Of a stretch of DNA of 64,000 bases, positions 12,343-26,252 are shown piece after piece. The stretch is from a virus: positions 2,116 through 66,115 of IMG/VR virus record IMGVR_UViG_3300027996_000026, one strand, 5' to 3'. A program made the translations under genes and the position numbers. The notes under the pieces are model-generated. The model was not told the origin of the DNA, ran no database searches, and worked only from the letters and a program-made list of their open reading frames with translations. Position 1 is the stretch's first letter. Every line of letters starts with the position of its first letter.

Positions 12343-15300
12343 TTAGTTATCCATAACTACATTATTTAAATCAACTAATTTTTTTCATAATTGATCTAGT
12401 TTATCATAAGCTTTCTCAAACTTATCTCAACTAACTATATTAAGTAGTTCTTTAAATTCATCCATAACCTTTGTTTTCTCGGCTGTATCTATCTTATTTC
12501 ATTCTTGAAGTAGTTTCATATCATCTGAAACTTTAAGTAGCTTAGAATCGAAATTTGATATGATTTGTTTTTCTAGATCTCATGAATACTTATTTAATTG
12601 TTCTCATATAGATTTAGTTAATAATTCTACATCAACTTCTTTATATGTATCTATTTGATTTCTAATATAAATAATGTCATCTTTCAGAGGTGTCTTTGAA
12701 ACATATCATTTTATTTCATCTAAATTCTTTAATAAATCTTTCTCATTTATTCAAGACTCTTTTTGTTGCTTAATATTTTCAATTCAAGTCTTAACTGTTT
12801 CTAGAACATCTTTCATTTTTGAAATTCATTTATCAAGATCATCTCATATATTTGTATATATTTCTGATCATACTTCTCAAGTATTAGAATTAATATCTTT
12901 TATTGATTCTTTAGATATAGCTTCTACTTTACCTATCATATATTCTAAAGCTGTATTTAATTCAACTATAGATATACCTCATGATGATGATCATCAATTT
13001 CATCTTCACATCCATTGATCTTTATTCTCATAATTATCTAATGCTGTATGTAATTCAGATTCATCTAATCATCAGCTTCAGCCTTGTTGTAATTCATATC
13101 AAGCACTTCAATCATCTGTTATATATCCAGACACATCTTTTCCCCATACTGCTGCAGCATTTTCACTAGCTGTTGGTAAGTCTCCTATATCTCATGTTAT
13201 TACATTAGCTCATGTTACAGTTGTTACAAATACATCTGCTTGCCATCTTATATCTATTCACCCTCATCAAGTTGTGACTCCACTATTTTTAACTGGCCTA
13301 ACTCAATCTTCTCTAAAAATACGGATTATATCTGTTTGCCATACATTAGTTGATGTAATGTTATCCCAGAATATATTTACTACTGTATTGTTAATTCTTA
13401 AATTTCAAGCATCTATTGCTGTAACTCATCCAAAGAATGCTGCAATTCATAGAGATGTCGTTGTATTATAGATAAACCAAGCATATGCTTCTTTTGCTGT
13501 AAAGTTTACTGCTGACGATATATCTACTTCAGTATCTGTATAATCTGCTGTAAATTTAGTAATAGTTGAACCATCTAAAGCATAAGATATATATACAGTA
13601 TCATCTGATTGACTATCTAAGAATGTTAATCAACCAGCTGTTACTATTCAAAGAGATTCTATTCATAGTTTTGCTGTAACACCATTAGTATATGTTGCTC
13701 TTATTCTTATACTATCACCATCTTCTAAATCTAATCAACTTCATAGATTGTTTATATAACTGTATCAACTTCATCAACTTACTATAGAATTATCTAATTC
13801 ATTTGCTTGTGTTACATTATATAACTGTACTCTTGTTCAATCTATTAAGTTTGCATTACTTATGGTAACCGATACTGGTGGTTCATATGTACTACCATTA
13901 TCTGCTGTAAATAAATTAAAATCTGGATGAGGTGTCGTTCAATCACTTAATACAACTCTAACTCATTTTATAGGAGTTCATGTAGTTCAATCTATAACCC
14001 CATTAACTGTTTTAAATTTATTTCAACTAATCTGAACTAAATCATGCCAGTTGAAAGCATCTACTCATTGGAAAGTTCCACCTTGTCATATATTATATCT
14101 TAACCATCTCATTATCTCTTCTCATGTATGAGCTGTTGCTGAATCTGTAATAGTGATACCAAAGTCTTTTCAATTCCATGTTACTGGACTAGCTCAATGA
14201 TCTGTGATAGTTAATCAAGTAACTGAAGGATCTCATGTCGTTAATCCATTACTACTAGGAGATAATCATATTACATATAATTGGTCTTCTAAAGTACCAT
14301 ATTGTCAATATACATCTTCTCTTACTTGGTCATATCAATCAGCTTGTATTTCTACTACTAGATGGTCTGTATAATCAAAGTTTCAATGAGTCACATCTCA
14401 ATACACTTGTATTAATTGGTCTATTTTATCTGTATTATTTGCATTAGTTGTTCATGTTCAATCTTGTTGTTGGAATCTTGATTGCTGATTGAAGGCTTCT
14501 CATACTGATTGTATAGCAGACCAAGTAGCAGTTGTTGTTCAACCATCTGTATACCTCAATCCATCTCTTGATAAGAAAGCTATAGAAGTATCTCAGTCTG
14601 ACCATTCAACTCAATCAATGAAAGTAAATGAATTTGGTCAATTAGTTGTGATTGTAAAAGGTTTATTTGCTAAAGCTTCTCACTCATCTCAAAGTGCTAT
14701 CCATTGTTCTATCATATAAGAATAGAAATTTTGTACTGTAGACGCTGTAGTTAATTTAAACGACACTCAAGGTGTTGCAAATACATTTGTATTAATAGTT
14801 AATCAACTAGATACTACATATGCTCTATCTCATAATTGAGAAATAGGAGTAGATGTTGAACCACTTTCTGATCCTGTTACCTCTATTCATGTTACCCTTA
14901 TAGGTAAATATCCAGCTTGCATTATTACATAATCTATTGTAATACTACCAGATACTTCTTCATTCCATGTTTCAGTTATTCAACTACTTAATGTAGAAAA
15001 CTTTTCTGTATCTGTTCAAGTTTCAAATACTTTAACAAAACTACCTGCAACTAATCAAGTGAAAGCTAATCATCTACTTATCACTACTGGTACTGTATAA
15101 TAAGTTCAGTCATCTGACATAAATCTACTAAAGTCAGCATGTGCTGTTGTTCAGTCTGATTGTACTACTCTTACTCATTTATTAGTTCATGTTCATAATA
15201 TATCAATTCTTTGAGTCCTAAAGTCAGAACCATCATCAAAGACCATATCTGACCAATTAAATACATCTATAGAATCAAAGCTACCATCTTGTGCTAGATT

Positions 15301-18261
15301 CCAGTTAATATATTGTCTGATTTGTTCTCATGTATAACCTCAATTATCTTGGATTGTAATACTATAATCTTTTCAGTTCCATGTTGTTGGTGCGTGTTGT
15401 GTAATTGCTATACTTAATGCTCATGTGTCAGATGCAGTAACTCAGTTTGCTGTTGGTTCTAAATTAACTACATATAATTCATCTGCCAAAGTACCAAATA
15501 TACTGGATAAATCAGCGTATGCTTCATCATATCCAGCTACTTGATATTTAATTTTTAAATGTCCTGTATAATCAAATACTCAATTGTCAAATATTTTTAT
15601 TAATTGGTCTATATCTCCACTCGCTAAAACATTCGTTACAGTTCAATTTGCTACTTGTTGATATTCGGCTGTCATTCAAGTAGTTTCTCACGAACTCCAT
15701 ACTGCAGCCCATACATCTGTTGTAGTGCCTGTTACTTCATCAAAATATCTTAGTCAATCTCTATGTAAATAGTTAAATGATCCTGCAGAAAAAGACCAAG
15801 TTAATAATGAGCTAGAGTTTAGAGAAAAACTAGATGTACCATTTGAAGATAAAGGAAGTGGTATATTTGCCAATGCTGCTGCCTGTAATGTCTCTAATGC
15901 CCATATAGCTTTTGTATAGTTATATGTTTGCTGTACTGTTGCAGATTCTGATACATCAATTACACTACCAGATATACTATAATTTGTACCATATACTAAT
16001 GGTCAGTAATCTGTATTTGCTGCCCTATCCTCTTTTTGTTGTACTGGGTAGTTTGATTGTGTTGCTCATACAGTATATGAAGTAATATAAATAGGATCAT
16101 AATCTGGATGTAGAATACTTATATCAACATCTTCTTCTATTGTAGCTAAATATGTTTCACTAGTTGAAGAGCTTGACTTATAGAATCTTTTATTTGTCCA
16201 CGCTGTAGCAGCATATTCTCAAGCAGGTACTATTAGAACAAAAGAGCCTGATTCTAGTCAAGTAAATTCAATTCATTTACTAGGGGCTGATATTGTAATT
16301 CCTGTTGCTGAACCTGAAAATGCTGTAGTTACTACATTACTTCAATTTTCCATTACTGCGGTTAGTGCACTAGTATTAGTTGAATCATAATGTACATCTA
16401 TTGTATTATTAGTAAATGTTATTCAATCAAAATCTAGACTTATGTTTCAAGTTCAAGTATATTCTAATCTAATAGCTACTGCATTGTTTAAGAATGTACA
16501 ATTAGCTAAGTTATCTAATAATGCTTGTAAAGCAGTTTGTGTTGCTCATGTAAGAGTGATTACTTGTGCATCTATACTATTAGAAAAAATATTACCTGCT
16601 GAAAAGTCATGCATTGTTGTAAATTGAATCTCCTCACATGAATCAAAAGTATATCATACCACTCATGAGTCTAAAGCCTCTAATTGTAATTTAGCATTAC
16701 TAACTACATTTCATGAACCAAGAGGATTACCGCTTGTTAATTTAAACCAATGATAATCTCACATATTAATAGACTGTGTAGATAATGTAAAATCATTCCC
16801 TGTTCATGTATCTATTTCAAAAAATAAATCTCAACTATTAATTTGTACATTTGTTCTTAATAATGTTTCATTATATGCTCATGCATATTCTATAGATTGT
16901 CCAGTTGAATCCCATATTATACCATTTGTTAATTTAATAGATTGAAAACATATAAATTGTCCAGTTGCCATTCAAGACTGAGCTTGAACTGTTTTAACAT
17001 CTTGAATCTTTGATGCTTTCACTACATCATTTAAATTACATGGAAAGGTTGTAGAACCTCATGTCATTGGCAGGTAACTTAATGCAATTACTCTATCATA
17101 AGAACTACCAGCATAACCATTAGGTTGAGACCCTGCTATTGCAAAATGGTCTATATTATTTAATACAGTAGTATCAACTGTCCCCCAATCCTCTTTATGC
17201 GTTAATGCAGATGGATTAATTAAAATTGGTACATTTAATGTACTTGATGATGGAGAGGTATCTTTAGCATCTATTTTATATCTTCTAAAATTAGTTCAAT
17301 CTCATACTATTATATTTTTACCTATTGGCTGGTAAGGTGTTTTCATACCATCATCCTTTGAACGAACTGCTATAATTTTATTATTTATGTCAAAAGCTGC
17401 ACTTCTACTAGTACAAGCTAATGCACAATTTACTGACCTATAATCTGTTCAATGTGACACTCATCATATTGACCCAAAATTATAAGGTATAGAAGTAGCA
17501 TATCCATTTACAGTAGGTATTAAATTTGAACCAGTTGATGTTAAATCTACATTGGCTGTTGACCCTGTAAAAATCCCATGTGAGTTTAAACTCCATGCAG
17601 GTAGAATAATATCACTAGACATTATTGAGTCATCTACATATCACACTTTTTTATTTGTTCAATCATCTCTAAACGCAAAAGTAATCCATGTGAAAGACCT
17701 AGTTCATGTATTTGCAAAATAGAAATTTTCTACTGGTGTTGTATCTCCACTATTTGCATAAGAAAAAGCAGAGTAGTGATAACTATGACCTGCTTTATAA
17801 AAATCAGATGCATTCACTATATTAGCATCAAATACTCCAGCATAACCATCTGAAAACATATGATGGAATATTAAAGTATTATCTGTTACTGGACTAATTT
17901 GATTTGATTGTAAAGGATTTTGATTTGAAGTAGCTCTACTTACTGTAGTTACATCAAAGGCATTTATTGTATCAACTCATCTAATAACATGTGCATTTAA
18001 TCAACATGCATTATTAGAGACTGTTATAGCTACTGAATCTGAACCTGTGGCAGTTGCTCTTTTCCACCATACAGCATTATCACCACCATTATATGTTGTC
18101 TTATTATAACTAACTGCATTCCACCCTGTTCAACTTGGAGGTGAATATGTTGCATATCTATCACTATATGTTAGTAATATTATATCATCAGTATTAGCCT
18201 CAAAGAAAACTTCAAGATTTGGTGATACAGCTGAACTATATGATGCTACTATATATGCCAT
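12343..18261 (-). CDS. Very large beta-rich virion/tail protein with C-terminal coiled coil (~1,972 aa)
   Basis: Start and stop are in the same frame; sampled lines show no TAA/TAG. T/S/G/N-rich body, GGGGID motif, last ~300 aa coiled-coil-like. Confidence 0.75.
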
Positions 18262-18301
18262 AAATGTTTAATTAAGAATTAAGTATTATTTATATATTTT
18301 A

Positions 18302-18757
18302 TTATTTACTATAGGCTAAACTAGCCCTATCATCCCAAATATTATCGAAATTTGCATTACTATCAGCCCATAAGACTATTAGTCAAGATGTTTCATCTAG
18401 TCGTTTTATTCTCCAGACTGCTGAGCTAGTAGTACTTCAAATTACAGCATCTCCTATGTATGTTATATTAGCTGTTGTTGTGTCATCTAATATTAAATCA
18501 TATACTGTCTTATAATCAATAAATATTTGTAGGTTATCCACATCTGACATTATAGTAGTATCATAATCCAAAGTTATAATATTTCAACTAATACTTCATC
18601 AGCTATCTGCAAAATTATATATAATAATATTATCTGTAACATTAGTTATAAGTAAAACCTGCTCTAATTTTATAGTATCTATTCAAGAAATAGTTATTTG
18701 TTTTAGACTTGCGTCAAAAGTATAACTTTATATATCTGTTCAAATTAATTGCTTCAT
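18302..18757 (-). pseudogene. Tail-associated protein interrupted by an in-frame TAA at codon 10
   Basis: MKQLIGTDI-TAA-SYTFDASLKQITISG..LLITNVTDNIIIYNFAD..WRIKR..ANFDNIWDDRASL. TAA at 18728-18730. Confidence 0.6.
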
Positions 18758-18759
18758 TT

Positions 18760-18873
18760 TTATAATGCTATAGAATAAGCTATTGCTTCTGCTTTAGAAG
18801 CTTTATTCTCTAAATCTATTTTAATATCAGTTAAATCTGGTGATGTATTAGCTGACTTTAATTGTATTCACAT
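18760..18873 (-). CDS. Small protein (37 aa) ending in AEAIAYSIAL
   Basis: Short ORF tightly coupled to the next gene. Confidence 0.45.
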
Positions 18874-18886
18874 ATTTATTTAATTA

Positions 18887-19597
18887 TTATTTAATTTTTA
18901 AATGTCTTAATCTTATTGCCTTATCTAATGCTAATCTATTCTTTTTATCTAATGATTCTACGTTATAAACAATGAATCAAGTTTTTAAAACTTTTAAATA
19001 ATAATCTACTAGCTTATCTTTTATTTCAATTGTTCTACAATTTAAAAAGAATATTCATTTATCAATTCATTCTCTGAATACACTTATATCCATCTCAATT
19101 GCTTTTCTAGAACTATTTAGACTATCTAGTATATAATATTTCTTTGTCTTCTTAGAATAGAAGTATGTGAGAAAATGTCATACTATTTTATGATCCTTTA
19201 GATCTACATCTAATTCGTCTATACTAATTAAATTATCTTCTTTAATTTTCGAATAAAGTCTACCTGCATATTTTAATCATATACCATACGCATATCAATT
19301 TTTTAAATTCTTTTCAAATATATCTGAAGTTCATTTATGAATTAATATATCTACTGATAAATTAAATTTTTCGTAAATTGCTTTCTTAAACCAATTTGCT
19401 ATTGTGTCAGCAAATGTTCACCATAAATTCCACCAAGCTTTATCTTTCTCAGCTTTATGTGATGTAGCTATTATATATTCGTTAGTTGCTTGTATTGAAA
19501 ACATTATTTGAAATATATGAAACCATACATAAATACTACAAGCATTTCTTGTAAAGTATTCTAGTCATTGATTATATAATATAAATAATTTATTCAT
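18887..19597 (-). CDS. Papain-like (C1/C39-type) cysteine peptidase
   Basis: YNQG..ACSIY, GGT, GHFLTY, YILDS: the Q/C/H/D catalytic pattern. Confidence 0.6.
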
Positions 19598-19811
19598 CTC
19601 ATTTATTTAAAGTATTAAATTGCTTGTCTACTATATTGTTAAGAATTTTTCTAACTTGTGCTGCCCGATTTTCTCATTCTAATATTTCTAATACTCAGTC
19701 ACTTACTTCTATTCAAAATCATATGATTGCTCATTTTGGTATTATATCTTTATTTCATGTTTGTACAGCCACTCATCCATCTTCCATATCGTAACATATT
19801 ACTTTATTCAT
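19590..19811 (-). CDS. Hypothetical protein
   Basis: Open ORF of 73 aa that fills the gap with overlapping start and stop codons. Confidence 0.45.
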
Positions 19812-20215
19812 TATGGTAAATATTTATTAATAAAATTATTTAATACTGATGTCTTTCAAGTTATGTACCGAGTTATCCAACATCATAGACATACTCATAT
19901 AAAATATCTAGCTCTTTTTAATGGTTTAACTTTATATACTTTCATTGAATGTAAGAATAAAAATTGTGATTTCCAATATCAATATATTTTATATCTGACT
20001 AACCGATCATGATAACAACAAGGTGTTAGTGTAGCTGGCTCTATTCTTTGTCAAAAAATACAAAATGGTATAGAACATCAATCAAACTCAAATCATTCTT
20101 CTATCTCATCATAGATTCATGTTTCTGTATCTTTATGATAAAATCTAAAAAGTTCTACAACTCTCCATTGTTCTCATGATGTTTCAATTATTGAATGATC
20201 TGTAAATGTACTCAT
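19811..20215 (-). CDS. DUF1353-like protein
   Basis: GFEFDGCSIP..PCCYHDRL, matching the recalled GF.TD.ASIP..A..HD pattern. Confidence 0.7.
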
Positions 20216-20216
20216 A

Positions 20217-20690
20217 TTAAGTTTTCTTAAGCCATCATTCGATAGTCTCTAAAATAAAATCTCATATCTTTTTAATAATTAAACTCACTACATCATATTC
20301 AGAAACTACTTTTTTAGTTCTTATAGCATAAACATTTTGTGTAATACTATATGTCTCTGCCATTATAAAAATAGCTAATACTGATTTAATATAAAATGAT
20401 CAATCTATTTCTATTCATTTAAACATTAATGCTAATGATAGTATTAATATTAATGTACTAATTTTCTTAACAGCTCATTGCCATGCAGCATGACTAGTTA
20501 CTTTAGATCAATCAATTCTTAATTGTTTTCATATTCATACTATGAAATCTATAATCATCAACATTCAAAGGATACATATTTGTGTATCCTTGATATTTAA
20601 ATATTCAAATATTAAAATTGCTGTAGCATAACCACATAATTTTACTACTCATATTGATGATGTCGTAGCAACTGTTGTCGTAATCGGCAT
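20217..20690 (-). CDS. Holin (phage_holin_4_1-like)
   Basis: Transmembrane segments, IIDFIVGIGK..G..KKI, IMAETYSITQN. Confidence 0.75.
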
Positions 20691-20770
20691 AATGTATTTG
20701 TTATAATATCTCCCTCTATTACTAGTATATCTTTTTTATCAATGTAATTCAAATTTTATATATGTGTATA

Positions 20771-21601
20771 TTAACTTCATGTATTTGTACTTGGAAAAGA
20801 TCTTCATGTTCACCATATAATTCTTAATGCTCAAGCTGCACCATTTCAATGAGTAGTATTGCTATCGTTACCAGCTCATCATCCTCAGTATGAACCTCCA
20901 TTAGAATATGCTGCATTACCATCTGCTCAATTACTTCATCAAGAACCTCATCCTCAACCATATCAATCTCAAGTAGATGCTGTACCACCAGATCCACTAG
21001 TTCATTCTCATAGTATTCAGACTCATCATCCTCATCATCAACAATCTGATATTCATCATCCACTTCAACCTCAAGCTGCTCATCATGTTCAGTTTCATCA
21101 AGTTGAACCTCTATTACTTCAAGCTCATCAATTTCAAGAATATCATCAAGCTCATCCTCAACCAGTACCATAATCTGAGTTCTTAGTACCATTACCACCA
21201 TTTCATCATCAATCTCAAGTATGACTTCATCATACTCACGCTATACTATCTGTAGATCAACCAGTACCTCAATATCAACATACTGTTGCTGTACTAATAA
21301 GGTAAGAATTTCAACCACTTCAAGCTGTTCAGTTATTAATTCTTGCTCATCCTCATCATACTACAATAGTATAATTACTTCAAGGTGTTACTGATATATT
21401 ATTTTTATATCAAAGTCATCCTCATCAACCACTAGCTGAACCAGTGCTTGTATAAGTACCTCCTCAACCTCAACCTACAGCAACTACACAAATACTAGTT
21501 ACTCAAACTGGACAAGTCCATATCGCATTTGATGTATATATTTGTTCTCAATAAGGTATATCTGTTTGTAGATTCTGACTATGAAATAATTGCCTATTCA
21601 T
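20771..21601 (-). CDS. Glycine-rich tail-associated protein (276 aa)
   Basis: WTCPVGVTSICVVAVGGGGGG..GALRIIWGTGRSFPSTNT. Dozens of TGA codons interleaved with GGT/GGA. Confidence 0.85.
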
Positions 21602-21602
21602 C

Positions 21603-23210
21603 TTAACTAAAGTTTAATCAAATATTTGTATTATAATTAGTTCAATCCCAATATAATGTCAATATATCAACTGAACTAGCTGCTGTAGATAATGTTATTG
21701 TAGTTCATCATTGTGTTTTTATTGTAGCTGGAAATGTACCAGTTCTAGTTCAAGTTGCATCTTGAGTTAATTTAAGTATATATGTTTTTCATACTATCGG
21801 ATTAGATAATGTGAATGTACAATTTCAAGTCATTGAAAGTTTTTGATTCATACCATTGGCCCAATCTATTGTTTTAGTTGTTCAAGATGTTCAAGCATCA
21901 TATTCAGATTCATAAATTCATAATAACTCATCATCTACATATTTTTTATTTGCTACTTGATAATCTGTAGTAGGTGCTGAACTTGGTGTTAGAGGAAAAC
22001 TTAAGAATGTTTTAATTCAAGTTATACTTTGTCCTAACAATGTCAGAAATTTCTTTGCTGTAGATGTATCACTAATGTCATCAGCGTCCAATACAACTGA
22101 TCCTACTTGTGAATTAACTGATAATACATTATCTGTATAATCTAATTTAATCCAGTTAGCTGTATATACTGTTGTACTTGCACTATCTGATATAGACATT
22201 AGTCTATCATTTATATTGAATACTACTCAATCTACTGTTCATGCTGTTGATACTACATAGCTCCATCAAGCTATAGTACTTGCAGGGAATGTTCATACAC
22301 TCGCATCCCATTCACCTTTTAATATAACTACAGCATTAAACTTACTTATCATTTCGTCAATTGCTCACTTAACATTTGTTGCTAATAATCAACTAACTCA
22401 ATTATCATAAGGAACTTCTGATGCTATTTGGTCATCTTTAGCATTAGTTTCTATTGTAGATAATTTAGATGTATTTGCATCTACTTCTCATTGTATTGCT
22501 GTATCATCATATACTGTATCTATAGAGTTAATAATAGGATTAGCTGGATCTGAAGCATCTACTGTATTATTAGTTCATGATTGTATAGATGTCATTAATC
22601 AATCTTGTCCAGGTATTCATTGTATTCATCTTATTCATCTTAATGAACGAGGTTTATTTTGAACAATACTTGTTATATCTCATATTCAATCTATATATAT
22701 TTTTCAAATAATATATTTAGTTCAATCATTTGTATCTGTTATGTATATTCATGTTCTATCTATATAAACATAATTTAATTTATTTACTACAAATGTATGA
22801 TCTGGATCTCAATCAGATGAATCTATTTCAGATAATGTTAATAATTCTTCTTGATCATATATGTCTCATCCAGTTACTATTATATCAGTTTTTGATTTTT
22901 TATATATGAAAAAATCTTCTTGTATATTATCTATAATATAATTAAGAGCATCTATTGAATTTACTAAAAGTACAGATGAATTTATTTCATGCTGTACTGG
23001 ATTAGATCTATTTACTCAATAACAAAATACTGAGTTTCAAGATTTTCTATGATAGAATAGACTTTCATCTTTTCATGCTATACCTTTTTCTAATATAATA
23101 AATCACGTATCTGATTCTGGAGTATCATTTAAATCTACTTGTATTTCTCAAGTAGATGTATTTAATAGTTTTGATACTAGATATGTATTATAATTTTTTT
23201 GTAAAAACAT
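21603..23210 (-). CDS. Tail fibre A (535 aa)
   Basis: Short collagen-like G-x-x run, PTTDYQVANKKYVD, TIDWANG..LTQDATGTR..VDILTLYWDGTNY. Confidence 0.8.
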
Positions 23211-23227
23211 TTGTGTATAATTAATTA

Positions 23228-24352
23228 TTATAGTTTTCTTTCAATAGTAATATTGTTATCTTTATTATCCTGTATTTGTATATCAGATCAGTTTGAGTGT
23301 TTCATAAAAAATGTTACTACATCTAATTTAGTCAAAGTTATTATTGTTTCCATAGCTGGTCAAGCATAACCAGTATGTGCAGAATATGAAGACCTAGCTG
23401 TCTCCCAATCATTTGATCAATTTATTCTTAACATAAATTCAACAGGTCATACTATAGCAAATCTTGCTTCTTGAAATCTTATTACATAAGTTCAATCTTC
23501 TGGAGCTGTAAATGAATTATTAGTTGTATTAATACTATTTAAAGTATCTCATATTGGCGAATTAACTAGTAATTCAAGAGCTGTATATACTCATGTTGGT
23601 ATTAAATGTATTCATAATTTTATAGATATATATAATTTCTTTACTACTAATTGTGAATCTGATATAAGTCAATCTCAGTTTAATATAGCTAATCAATTAG
23701 CTACTCATTTTTGTGCAGCTATCCTAGCATCAGCTATTGTAGCAGCATCAGAAAAATCTGCTCATTCAATATTATTAAATATAATAGGTTTAGTATTATA
23801 AATAGTATACATATCTCATGTAGGACTTACTCATACATATCATACATTATATTTAGTTGTATCTTTAGTATCTGTAATTTTAATTATTCATTCATCTACA
23901 TAGATGTAATTAGTTTTATTTACTATCAATACTTGTCCTGGAAATCAATCTGAAGTATCAAGATCTGGAATAGTTATTTCAGATCAATCTTTATATATTG
24001 TTCATCATTTAACTCATAGAATATTAGATCATTTTTTATACATAAAAAATTGTTCATCAATTCTAGACGCTAAATAATTTAATGCATCTATAGAATTTAC
24101 TAATGATACAGTTGATCATTCAGTATGTGTTACTATATTTGTTCTATTAACTCAATATATAAATACACTATTACCTAATTTTCTATGATAGAATATATTA
24201 TCTTCTTTTCATACTATTCATTTATTTATTAATAAAAATCATATATCACTTTCTGGTGTGTCGTTAAGAAACACCTCTATTTCTCAACTAGAGGTGTTAT
24301 CTAAATCTTGTGTTAAATATGTATTATAATTTTTTTGAAAACTTATTGGCAT
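23228..24352 (-). CDS. Tail fibre B (374 aa), paralogous N-terminus to fibre A
   Basis: Shares QKNYNTYL..NDTPESD..FYHRK..GVNR..LVNSIDALNY. Distinct C-terminus (FTAPEDGTY, C1q-like). Confidence 0.75.
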
Positions 24353-24363
24353 AATCTATTTTA

Positions 24364-26235
24364 TTAAATACTATTTTTTGCTTTAAAGTCTGCTATAGCT
24401 TTTATTGCTTTATCTCTATCCTCTTTTTTTGGTAGTAATTTTGCCTTTTCTAAAGCTGTTTTATATCTATTATAAGATTCTTCAGTATTAAATCATTTAA
24501 ATCATTTAACTTCAGATGATACATTTGTAGTATCTTCAGTTCAATCATTTGTTTTTTGTTCAGTTTTTTCTTCAAGAGTTTCTGGTTTACTAGGATTTTC
24601 TTGTTTTATAATTTCTGGAAAATCTTCAAACATTTGTTTTATAAATGTTGTTGATTCTTCAGACCAAAATTCTGGATCTGTTTGTAAGATTGTATTAGCT
24701 TTTATTCTAGCATCATTTCATGTTGCAGCTACTTTAGCAACCTTAGCTCTCATTTCTTCTGCTGATAATCATTTACCTGCATAGCTATTAATTAATCATC
24801 TAACAGCATCTGCAGAGAATCCAGATCATTCTAGACCTTCAGTTGTATCAATTAAGAAATCTATCTTCTCTTGATCGTTATATGCATCCCATTGTTCTCT
24901 TCATTCAGTTAATCTTCTTTCTCTATCAGCTCTATTAAATTCTCAAGTAGCTTCTAGTTTTTTATATTCATTTATAAAAGCAAGAATATCTTCTTCAGCT
25001 TTTTTATCTCAATCTCTAATTTTTCAAATTGCTGATATTAAAGGTGCTGCTTCTTCAGTATTTAATGTATCTACAATTGTATTTAAATCTTTTAATTTTC
25101 ATTCAACTTCTATTCTAGATCATTTTAATTCTAAAGCTAATGCTTCTTTATTTTTAGCTAATGCTTCATCAGCTGCTAGTACATTCTTATCATATGATGA
25201 TAATATATTTTGTTGTATAGATTGTAACTCTCATGCTGATACTCAAAATCATCCTTGTCCTGCTGCAGCTGCTGCAATGTTAGCTTGTCTACCTGCGATA
25301 TTTCTTGATCTCGCTGCAGATGCTTCAGCTATTGCTTCAGCTTCAGCATTCTTTTTTTCAAAATCAGTAAGTGTTCTACCTAGTGATTCTTCCATTTTAA
25401 CAATTCTATTTCTAATATCTTCATTAGTCTTTTCAGTTTCTGCTGCAATATCCTCAGCAGATTCAGTTTCTATTTTTCAAGTTTCTTCATTTGTAGTTTT
25501 AATATTATCTCAAAATTCTTCAGATGATTCTTCGAATTTTTTTTCAGAAATATTTTCACCTCATTTTTCTTCTTCAGTTTTATCTTCAGATTTATTTCAA
25601 GTAATATCATCTGTTAATAATTCTCATGATCATACAGTATCTGTATCTTCTCATTCAATAACTTCAGTATTTACTTTTTCTATAAGTAATTTATTTTGTT
25701 CTGCTGTACCTTGATAATCTTCTATTCAATGCTTACTAGCTAATGATGTTCTATCATCTAATGATGAAGGCATTCATTTAGAATTTAATAGATCTACAAT
25801 AGAATTTTTATTAGTAGTTTTGGTATCGACATTAATGTCGGTAGCAGAGTCTGTTTTAGCTTCAGTATTAACTTCAGTCGTTAAAGGTTCTTCGTCCTTT
25901 TTTTCTTCAGTTTTAATTTCTTCAGCTTTTTTTTCTACTGGTGGAACATGAGCTTTAGTTAAATTATATACTCATTCCCATCAACCATCTTTAAATGCTT
26001 GTTTAACTTTATCGTTATCCAATCATTTAATATTCTTTTTCAATTCAAGTGCTGCTTTAGCTTTGAATGGATCAGTTCATTTCTTATCAGTTCCAGTAAT
26101 TTCTAATGTCTTTTTGTCTTCCTTTTTTTTCTCTAGCTTATCAGATATAAAATTCTTAGCCATTTTAATTCATGCTGTTTTAGGATTGATAGACATTATA
26201 TCATCTAGTCCTGGAAAGTTTAATCAATTTGTCAT
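24364..26235 (-). CDS. Putative internal virion/ejection protein (623 aa)
   Basis: K/E/T/A-rich helical ORF with ANIAAAAGQGGFG. Located after the tail nozzle, as in P22-like phages. Confidence 0.55.
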
Positions 26236-26252
26236 TTGTATATAATTAATAA

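Noticed and set aside
20824-21201. Track ORFs 20824..21201 (-, D/E/V-rich) and 20859..21173 (+, H/Q/P-rich)
   Set aside because: Off-frame and antisense shadows of the TGA-rich glycine-rich gene.
21603-24352. Diversity-generating retroelement acting on the tail fibres
   Set aside because: No reverse transcriptase and no adenine-mismatched TR/VR pair were seen. The similarity is N-terminal protein paralogy.
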